The position numbers and the translations under genes are program-made. The notes beneath the pieces were generated by a model that saw only the letters and a list, made by a program, of their open reading frames with translations, had not been told where the DNA came from and searched no databases. From positions 1 to 6,469 of IMG/VR virus record IMGVR_UViG_3300020030_000027: a stretch of DNA of 6,469 nucleotides. One strand, given 5' to 3'. Every line of letters begins with the position of its first letter. Positions within the stretch are counted from its first letter, which is position 1. This document shows, piece after piece, positions 1-5,722 of the stretch. This DNA is from a virus.

Positions 1-121
1 GCAGGAATGAATCCAGATTTAGCATACGGCAATGTTAATGGCACTGCTCCCGCTAGTCCTGGTATGACCTCCGGAGAACCCTCTCTACCTGTTGATTATT
101 CTGCTATTGCTGGAAAGCAAA
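1..121. repeat. Terminal direct repeat, copy 1 (identical to 6349-6469); over-read of a circular genome
   Basis: Base-by-base comparison shows 1-121 (gcaggaatgaatccag...ggaaagcaaa) is identical to 6349-6469. The repeat lies inside a continuous reading frame (VP2), as expected for a circular molecule written out linearly with overlap. Confidence 0.97.
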
Positions 122-900
122 CTATTGGTTCGGCTGTCTCCCAAGCCTTGTCGAATGAGCAAGCCCAAGCAAATATAGCTCTGACGCAGGCCCAAGAGAA
201 TAAAATGAACCAAGAAGCCGGAAAGATTTCGGAAGAAGCAAATGGTGTTCGTATTGATAATCTGACTAGAGGTGAATCCAATACTCTTGAAATTCAGCTT
301 AAACAAGGAGTTATTAAACTTAACGATTCAGTAAAACAACTGAACGAACAGAATAAGAAGAATTTACAACAACAGTTGGAGAATCTTAAATTGGAAAGTA
401 ATAATCTTGCTGAACAATGGCAGGTTATTCGTGAAACTTGGAGTAATCTAAGAGTAGATAAAGCTCTGAAAATGATTGATTTAAAATTTCGTGAAAAACA
501 GAATGTTTTTATTTTGAAAAAAATATCTAGCGAAACTAATCTCAATTATGTACAAGCTTCGTCTATGACAAAACGCCTTATGTTGGATATGGCTCTAGGA
601 AAGACGCAAATGAATCTTATGACCCAACAGGCAATTACTGAAACTCAAAAGCGTGTAAATATGCGTACTGAAGATTGGTATAACCGTGGTAAGATTCGAA
701 GTGTTTATTTACAAAATGGACAACTATCTTTTGATTTTAGTCAGTCTATTAAATGGGATGATACAATGAAATCTATTGATTGGTGCGAGAAATTCTGCCG
801 TTCAATATTCATGCTTACGCAGTCATTCCAAGGCGCTGCCTCTGGTTCTATACCAAAGGCAGGCGGCAATCCGTTTTACCCGCAAGGTGTGAATTGGTAA
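1..900 (+). CDS. VP2: DNA pilot / minor capsid protein VP2 (phiX174 H-like); 3' part of a junction-spanning gene whose true start is 6142
   Basis: The frame is open from base 1. The listed ORF 7-900 begins at an internal Met, and the same frame is open upstream from 6142 to 6348 on the circle. The motif NSPAAYRARLAAAGMNPDLAY spans the junction and matches my recollection of the conserved N-proximal motif of gokushovirus/alpavirus VP2 proteins. The middle part (about 259-450) is Q/N/L/E-rich and heptad-like, as expected for a coiled-coil pilot-tube protein. Third codon positions are T-rich. Stop TAA is at 898-900. Confidence 0.85.
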   Translation, partial: AGMNPDLAYGNVNGTAPASPGMTSGEPSLPVDYSAIAGKQTIGSAVSQALSNEQAQANIALTQAQENKMNQEAGKISEEANGVRIDNLTRGESNTLEIQLKQGVIKLNDSVKQLNEQNKKNLQQQLENLKLESNNLAEQWQVIRETWSNLRVDKALKMIDLKFREKQNVFILKKISSETNLNYVQASSMTKRLMLDMALGKTQMNLMTQQAITETQKRVNMRTEDWYNRGKIRSVYLQNGQLSFDFSQSIKWDDTMKSIDWCEKFCRSIFMLTQSFQGAASGSIPKAGGNPFYPQGVNW

Positions 901-904
901 ATGT

Positions 905-926
905 GAGGCAGGTTGTTACCTGCCTC
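905..926 (+). terminator. Perfect GC-rich hairpin just downstream of the VP2 stop (possible intrinsic terminator or ssDNA structural element)
   Basis: GAGGCAGGT (905-913), loop TGTT (914-917), ACCTGCCTC (918-926). This is a 9-bp perfect stem beginning 5 nt after the stop codon, followed by CTTTACGATTT, which is T-rich but not a clean U-tract. Confidence 0.5.
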
Positions 927-956
927 TTTACGATTTATTCGAAAATCGTTGCTCTA

Positions 957-1000
957 TAACTTGATAATGTATAAGCAACTGACACACGTTTGATTATCAA
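957..1000 (+). other. Candidate + strand (rolling-circle) origin: phiX174-like nick decamer embedded in an 8-bp inverted repeat
   Basis: TAACTTGATA at 957-966 matches 9 of 10 positions of the phiX174 gene A protein cleavage decamer CAACTTGATA (958-966 exact), and is followed by AT-rich sequence as in phiX. TTGATAAT (961-968) is the reverse complement of ATTATCAA (993-1000). The site is intergenic, about 110 nt upstream of the Rep (VP4) gene. Confidence 0.3.
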
Positions 1001-1073
1001 CATCTTCGATGCAGTTGCGATTTGCTTTTAAGTACTCCTACTGTGAGTAGGTTTGTCCTAAAACCGATTTAGT

Positions 1074-2426
1074 ATGTATAATTTGTATTGTGAACACCCT
1101 GTTATTATTCGACATCCTCGTTTGAAGGATTTGTTACCTGTTTTTGGTTCGTATCGTACTCCTAACGGTTTGTATGATTTAACTCCATCCCAGTGTCATA
1201 CGTGGAAATATCGTTTTCCAGAGTGGTTATTTTCCGCTCGCAAGTGTGGCGTTACTCTTGATAATATTGATGATTTCCAAATCATTAATCTAAGAACTGG
1301 TGAGACTTCTCCTATGTTTATGGCTGTTCCATGTGGGAAATGTATTCTTTGCCGTGATAAGAAAAAGAGAGAATGGTCTTTTCGTGCCACATGTGAGAAT
1401 GTATTCTCTACTTCAATCCCTATTTTTGTGACCCTTACTTACAACAATAAACACCTCCCTAAACATGGTGTATTTAAAGAAGAGATACAACTCTTCATGA
1501 AACGTCTCCGCATTCGTTTAGATCGTCTAGGTTATAAACATCAGATAAGATATTTTTTCTGTTCTGAATATGGTTCTAAGTCTGGTAGGCCGCATTATCA
1601 TGCTATTTTTTGGAACTTTCCTCGTGATGGTGCTTTGGTTAACATTTGGAATGTCGTTAAGATGATTGAGAAAGCCTGGTCTTATAATGGTGAGCCCCTC
1701 GGATTTGCTTATGCCGTTTCTTGCGATAAAGGTGCTATTGGTTATGTGATGAAGTATATGTCTAAAATACCCCGCATTCCTGATAATATGAATAATGTGT
1801 TTTTTCTCTCATCTCGCAAAGATGGCGGAATAGGCGCTGCCTATGCTCGTCGTTTGATGCCATTTTATCGTGCTAATCCTCAATGTCTAGATATAACTGT
1901 TTGTGACCCTTATAGCGGTATGTCTACTACTGTTACTTTACCGGAATATTTTAAGCGTTTGTATTATCCTGCTAATTCTAGTGTATTATCTAAAGAAATC
2001 CGTGATGCGTTTAAAAAATTGTGTGATTGTATATCTGATAGGTATACTATTCATTGTGCCGGAAATTATATTGATAAGTTACGCTTCTCTGATATTGAAA
2101 AGAAAGTGCTTCGCAAGTATTCGTTTCTAAGTCCTAAGGTTTGTAAATATCCTATCGGTAAAAAGATGGATTATTATACTCAAATTCCTTGGCAGGCTCT
2201 CGATGATATATATGTTGCTAATGAGTGCGAAATAGCTTCCCTATGTCGGTTTCTTATGCTTGAAAGTATTGATACGACTTGGTTTGAAATTCGTGATGAA
2301 ATTTTACAAAAGCGGCAACGTGCTATAGATGTGCGTTTTTCCAATATGCAACCTATCAATATAAATGATGTTAAATACAGGAAATTAAATGCTCTAAAAC
2401 TTGCAGAATTAAGGGAAAAGGTATAA
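1074..2426 (+). CDS. VP4: Replication initiation protein VP4 (HUH rolling-circle endonuclease, Microviridae type)
   Basis: ORF of 450 aa. RCR motif I is FVTLTY (aa 118-123, nt 1425-1442). Motif II (HUH) is HYHAIF (aa 174-179, nt 1593-1610). Motif III is YVMKYMSK with the catalytic Tyr (aa 224-231, nt 1743-1766). The Cys cluster CGKCILCR (aa 87-94, nt 1332-1355) and the N-terminal C-x-x-P-V-I-I context are typical of microvirus VP4. Codon usage is T3-rich. Confidence 0.93.
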   Translation: MYNLYCEHPVIIRHPRLKDLLPVFGSYRTPNGLYDLTPSQCHTWKYRFPEWLFSARKCGVTLDNIDDFQIINLRTGETSPMFMAVPCGKCILCRDKKKREWSFRATCENVFSTSIPIFVTLTYNNKHLPKHGVFKEEIQLFMKRLRIRLDRLGYKHQIRYFFCSEYGSKSGRPHYHAIFWNFPRDGALVNIWNVVKMIEKAWSYNGEPLGFAYAVSCDKGAIGYVMKYMSKIPRIPDNMNNVFFLSSRKDGGIGAAYARRLMPFYRANPQCLDITVCDPYSGMSTTVTLPEYFKRLYYPANSSVLSKEIRDAFKKLCDCISDRYTIHCAGNYIDKLRFSDIEKKVLRKYSFLSPKVCKYPIGKKMDYYTQIPWQALDDIYVANECEIASLCRFLMLESIDTTWFEIRDEILQKRQRAIDVRFSNMQPININDVKYRKLNALKLAELREKV

Positions 2427-2454
2427 TTTTACCACGTAATCAAAATGTATCGTT

Positions 2455-2628
2455 ATGAGTAAGCCTATATGTTATAATTGGATTTTACGTATTGTTGACC
2501 AAAATGGTGAACGGTATGAGAGTAGAATGGATTATACGTTAGCTAATATGCGTAAATGCTTGAATTTTTGGCGCTCTAAGCCTGGTGTTTTGAGTGTCTC
2601 TGCTTATAAACAATTTACTAATCTTTAA
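2455..2628 (+). CDS. Hypothetical small protein, 57 aa (below the ORF-track cutoff)
   Basis: Hand translation from ATG 2455 to TAA 2626-2628 gives MSKPICYNWILRIVDQNGERYESRMDYTLANMRKCLNFWRSKPGVLSVSAYKQFTNL. About half of the third positions are T, as in VP1 and VP4. It fills an otherwise empty gap after VP4 in a compact genome and has a net basic charge. I recognise no family. Confidence 0.45.
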   Translation: MSKPICYNWILRIVDQNGERYESRMDYTLANMRKCLNFWRSKPGVLSVSAYKQFTNL

Positions 2629-2644
2629 TGTTTCACGTGGAACA

Positions 2645-2878
2645 ATGGAAAAAAGAGTAATTTTAACTACATTACGTATTATGCGTAGGGCAACCTTAGA
2701 GCCTATTGTAGATATAAAACTAGGTGTGTTTGAACGTCCTTCACAGTCTGAAAAGATTCGTGCGTCTCTTGTGGAATCCAATCCGGATTTTATATTTTTG
2801 GCTAAACATGAAGAGTTATGTCCTAATTTATTTCCAGATGATGAAGATAACGCCCAATCAATGCATAGAAATAGTTAA
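2645..2878 (+). CDS. Hypothetical small protein, 77 aa (ATG start inside the listed 2594-2878 ORF)
   Basis: The listed 2594 start is GTG and would overlap the 57-aa ORF. The first ATG, at 2645, gives MEKRVILTTLRIMRRATLEP... with a basic N-terminal half and an acidic C-terminal tail (PDDEDNAQ). Third positions are T/A-rich. I recognise no family. Confidence 0.5.
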   Translation: MEKRVILTTLRIMRRATLEPIVDIKLGVFERPSQSEKIRASLVESNPDFIFLAKHEELCPNLFPDDEDNAQSMHRNS

Positions 2879-3038
2879 ACTTATTTCTACTTTCGTAATA
2901 GGTATTATTACTACTTTGTTTGTACAAAGTTGTACTTTGTCTCTTAGCGTTGCTAAGAATAATAATAACGCTACACAGAAAACCGAACAGACTTCGACTT
3001 CTAGTGTAGATAGTACTCATGTAAATTTATATCGTTAA
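2838..3038 (+). CDS. Small membrane / lipoprotein-like protein, 66 aa (candidate lysis or exclusion factor)
   Basis: ATG ATG at 2838-2843 lies in the frame of the listed 2724-3038 ORF, whose 2724 start is GTG. An alternative ATG is at 2808. The protein is MMKITPNQCIEIVKLISTFVIGIITTLFVQSCTLSLSVAKNNNNATQKTEQTSTSSVDSTHVNLYR. It has one hydrophobic helix, LISTFVIGIITTLFV (nt 2880-2924), followed by a lipobox-like VQSC (Cys at 2931-2933) and a polar N/T/S-rich tail. Third positions are T-rich. It is the only open frame across 2879-3038. Stop TAA at 3036-3038 is 2 nt before the VP1 ATG. Confidence 0.5.
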   Translation: MMKITPNQCIEIVKLISTFVIGIITTLFVQSCTLSLSVAKNNNNATQKTEQTSTSSVDSTHVNLYR

Positions 3039-3040
3039 TT

Positions 3041-5476
3041 ATGGCTAATGGTGCTTTTGATGCTACTTTAGATGTTAACAATGAGATTAAGGTTAACAAT
3101 TTTGATTGGTCTCACGCCAATAATCTGACTACTCAAATTGGTCGTGTTACTCCGGTGTTTTGTGAACTTGTTCCGGCTCATGGTTCGGTAAGAATCAATC
3201 CCCGATTCGGTTTGCAATTTATGCCTATGGTATTTCCTATTCAGACTCGTCTGCGTGCTCGTATGATGTTTTTTAAATATCCTCTCCGTGCCCTATGGGA
3301 TGGCTATCGAGATTTTGTAGGTAATTTCCGTGAAGATTTGGAAGAGCCCTATCTAGATTTGAATACATCGACCCGTCTTGATGCTATGGCAAAAACTGGT
3401 TCGCTTGGTGACTACTTAGGACTTCCTACTACTTTATTTGGTAAGTTTGGTACTACTATTTCGGTTAATACTACCGGACATATTTGGGGATTGAAAGGTA
3501 ACCAATTTAACGGTTCTGACCAAATGCAGTATGTTCCTAGTATTCCTATTGATTCAGTTTCTAATATACTTGCATTTTTAGGCTTAAGTCCTTCTCCTTC
3601 TGATACTCCCTCCGACCGTATTAGTTGGACTGTTCCTTCTCCGGGGTCTGCTTCTGCTAGTAATACCGTCAATATCGTACCCTATATTTCTGCTTCTGGT
3701 ATTGCTGGCTCTGATTCTATCACTGCTAATTCTCGTTTGGAATTTGATATACCTTGGAAACGCATTTCTAATCCTACTTCTGCCGATTTGACTGCGTTTA
3801 GCGAAGGCGCTGTTTCAGGATTTGCGAAGAAATCTAATTCTTATACACTATTGAATTTTATTCAAGCTACGTTCAATGCTGTTGATGGCGATAGATTTGT
3901 TAAGTTATTGTTCTCATTTCCGGAATCAATGTACGGTTCTACTACTGACGATTTTGAGTTTTTTTCATTCTTAAATTTATATTCTGCATTTGGTAGACGT
4001 ATTTCAGGAAATACTACTGCTTGGGGATTGCAAAATACTTCTCTTGGTCGTGCTTTTTTAGATATTCCTGATGGCGAGAAAACTACGGGTTTTCTTCTTC
4101 GAATATCTGATTTTGATTTAGCTGGTTCTGGAGCACAAGCTCATTATTATCTTACTGCTGATAAACCTGTTGATTTGACGCTTAATTCTTCGCCTTATTA
4201 TAATTCCGGTTCGTCAAATAAGGATAAACAGATTAAAATTTCTGCTTATTCATTCCGAGCTTATGAAGGTATTTATAACGCTTATATTCGTGATAATCGT
4301 AACAATCCTTATTATGTTAATGGACAAGTCCAGTATAACAAATGGATTCCTACTTATGATGGTGGTGCAGACCAGAATATTTATGAATTGCGTTACGCTA
4401 ACTGGGAAAAAGACTTCCTTACTACTGCTGTTCAATCTCCGCAACAAGGTACTGCACCTCTTGTAGGTATTACTACTTATACGGAAACGGTTGAAACAAC
4501 GTCTGACGATGGTACACCTGTTACTAGGGAATTATCTCGTATTGCTCTGGTAGATGAAGATGGTAAGAAATACCAGGTTTCATTTGATTCTGATTCCGAG
4601 GGTTTGAAAGGTGTATCTTACGTTGAACTTGATAATGAAGTTAAACTTCGTCAGCCTCGTAACCTGATAGATGTTGTAACGTCTGGTATTTCAATCAATG
4701 ATTTGCGTAATGTAAACGCATACCAAAAGTTTTTGGAGCTTAACATGCGCAAAGGGTATTCTTATCGTGATATTATTGAGGGTCGTTTTAACGTTAAAGT
4801 CCGCTATGATGAATTGTTGATGCCCGAATTTTTCGGCGGTTTCTCTCGTGATATTGAGATGCATTCTATCAGCCAGACCGTAGACCAAGACCTCAATGGC
4901 TCGCAGACTTATGCAAAGGCGTTAGGTTCTCAATCAGGTATTGCAGGTGTTCGTGGTGATTCTGGAAGAGCTCTTGAATGTTTCTGCGATGAAGAGAGTA
5001 TAGTTATGGGTATTTTGATTGTCACACCGTTGCCAGTGTATACACAATTGTTGCCTAAACACTTCACTTATCGAGGTTTGTTAGACCATTATCAGCCGGA
5101 GTTCAATCATATAGGATTCCAACCTATTTTGTACAAAGAAGTTTGTCCGTTACAAGCTTATAGCGACGGTCCTGACACTTTGTCCGATGTATTTGGCTAT
5201 AATAGACCGTGGTATGAGTATGTGCAAAAGTATGATCAGGCGCACGGATTATTCCGTACAAACTTGTCAAATTTCTTGATGCATCGTGTCTTTAATCATA
5301 AACCACAGCTTGCTCAATCATTTTTAGTTATTGACCCGGCTCAAGTAACCGACGTGTTTGCAGTGACGAAAGCGGATGACGGTACAGAGCTTACAGATAA
5401 GATATATGGTCAAATCTGGTTCGACTGTACGGCGAAATTGCCGATTAGCCGTGTCGCTATACCTCGGCTTGATTAG
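3041..5476 (+). CDS. VP1: Major capsid protein VP1 (phiX174 F-like jelly-roll), 811 aa
   Basis: The conserved Microviridae F/VP1 landmarks appear in the correct order. These are the N-terminal FDWSH...TTQIGRVTPV...ELVP; GDYLGLP (aa 123-129); SFRAYEGIYNAYIRDNR (aa 404-420); ISINDLRNVNAYQKFLELNMRKGYSYRDIIEGRFNV and PEFFGG (aa 550-600); and the C-terminal block WYEY...HGLF. The T3 codon bias is very strong. ATG is at 3041 and TAG at 5474-5476. Confidence 0.95.
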   Translation: MANGAFDATLDVNNEIKVNNFDWSHANNLTTQIGRVTPVFCELVPAHGSVRINPRFGLQFMPMVFPIQTRLRARMMFFKYPLRALWDGYRDFVGNFREDLEEPYLDLNTSTRLDAMAKTGSLGDYLGLPTTLFGKFGTTISVNTTGHIWGLKGNQFNGSDQMQYVPSIPIDSVSNILAFLGLSPSPSDTPSDRISWTVPSPGSASASNTVNIVPYISASGIAGSDSITANSRLEFDIPWKRISNPTSADLTAFSEGAVSGFAKKSNSYTLLNFIQATFNAVDGDRFVKLLFSFPESMYGSTTDDFEFFSFLNLYSAFGRRISGNTTAWGLQNTSLGRAFLDIPDGEKTTGFLLRISDFDLAGSGAQAHYYLTADKPVDLTLNSSPYYNSGSSNKDKQIKISAYSFRAYEGIYNAYIRDNRNNPYYVNGQVQYNKWIPTYDGGADQNIYELRYANWEKDFLTTAVQSPQQGTAPLVGITTYTETVETTSDDGTPVTRELSRIALVDEDGKKYQVSFDSDSEGLKGVSYVELDNEVKLRQPRNLIDVVTSGISINDLRNVNAYQKFLELNMRKGYSYRDIIEGRFNVKVRYDELLMPEFFGGFSRDIEMHSISQTVDQDLNGSQTYAKALGSQSGIAGVRGDSGRALECFCDEESIVMGILIVTPLPVYTQLLPKHFTYRGLLDHYQPEFNHIGFQPILYKEVCPLQAYSDGPDTLSDVFGYNRPWYEYVQKYDQAHGLFRTNLSNFLMHRVFNHKPQLAQSFLVIDPAQVTDVFAVTKADDGTELTDKIYGQIWFDCTAKLPISRVAIPRLD

Positions 5477-5567
5477 AAAATAGTTTTTCTTTTGTTTTTC
5501 CGACAATGCCTAAACTGCGCACTTTAGCCGGATTGCGTCAAGGGTTATTGTAGTAAAATATGTTAAA

Positions 5568-5593
5568 TGCGCGCGTGCGTTTCGCGCGTGCGT
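5568..5593. repeat. GC-rich tandem direct repeat (2 x 13 nt) that can also fold as a CGCGCG hairpin
   Basis: TGCGCGCGTGCGT (5568-5580) and TTCGCGCGTGCGT (5581-5593) differ at one position. CGCGCG 5570-5575 can pair with CGCGCG 5583-5588 across a 7-nt loop. The repeat is flanked by the inverted TTAAAT (5563-5568) and ATTTAA (5594-5599). A third copy of the octamer GCGTGCGT lies at 5721-5728. Confidence 0.8.
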
Positions 5594-5619
5594 ATTTAAT
5601 AGATTTTAGTACAATGTTC

Positions 5620-5651
5620 ATTGACCTTTCCGGATAAAGTACCTATCTTTG
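5620..5651 (+). promoter_or_regulatory. Candidate Bacteroidetes-type promoter (-7 TAnnTTTG with an upstream TTG)
   Basis: TATCTTTG at 5644-5651 matches the Bacteroides -7 consensus TAnnTTTG. ATTG at 5620-5623 lies 20 nt upstream, a partial match to the -33 TTTG. The position is suitable to drive ORF125-VP2-VP4. This is a motif match only. Confidence 0.3.
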
Positions 5652-5669
5652 CATTATCGTGAAAATTAA

Positions 5670-5722
5670 AGGGAAAGTATTTTCCCTCTGCGTGAAACGC
5701 AAATTAATAGCAACTCTGTTGC
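5670..5722 (+). other. Cluster of three closely spaced stem-loops in the long intergenic region
   Basis: Three hairpins: AGGGAAA-GTAT-TTTCCCT (5670-5687, 7 bp); TGCGT-GAA-ACGCA (5689-5701, 5 bp); GCAAC-TCT-GTTGC (5710-5722, 5 bp). GTGAAA recurs at 5659-5664, 5692-5697 and 5752-5757. Confidence 0.4.

Noticed and set aside
1-121. The terminal repeats interpreted as biological direct terminal repeats, LTRs or att duplications.
   Set aside because: The repeat lies inside a single continuous VP2 reading frame. The gene set is that of a circular ssDNA microvirus, so an assembly or linearisation overlap is the simplest explanation.
931-1051. Minor hairpins: CGATTT-ATTCGA-AAATCG (931-948) and CCTACT-GTG-AGTAGG (1037-1051).
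   Set aside because: The 6-bp stems are AT-rich or have short loops and are expected by chance. They are noted only as context for the candidate origin and promoter region.
1903-2130. A 75-aa, very hydrophobic + strand ORF embedded in VP4 in the +1 frame, analogous to phiX174 E inside D.
   Set aside because: It needs a GTG start. Its second codon positions coincide with the T-rich third positions of VP4, which automatically yields Leu/Ile/Val/Phe-rich pseudo-TM peptides. It is not formally excluded as a lysis gene, but the non-overlapping 66-aa ORF at 2838-3038 is a better candidate.
2594-2837. The longer GTG-initiated versions of the small ORFs (2594-2878 and 2724-3038), and a possible frameshift fusion across the region that is open in both frames (2724-2878).
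   Set aside because: Both long forms start at GTG and create long overlaps. Internal ATGs give non-overlapping or minimally overlapping genes. I saw no slippery heptamer to support programmed frameshifting.
4263-4466. A 67-aa hydrophobic + strand ORF embedded in VP1 in the +1 frame, with an ATG start.
   Set aside because: It shows the same compositional artefact, because the T-rich third positions of VP1 become second positions. There are no upstream signals. Conservation of the frame in relatives would be needed before calling it.
5560-5637. A 25-aa ORF (MLNARVRFARAYLIDFSTMFIDLSG) running through the GC-rich repeat, considered as a possible J-like basic peptide. A 15-aa ORF at 5506-5553 was also considered.
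   Set aside because: Both are very short with no supporting start context. The Arg-rich part is a direct consequence of the CGCG repeat, so a nucleic-acid-level function for the repeat is more plausible.
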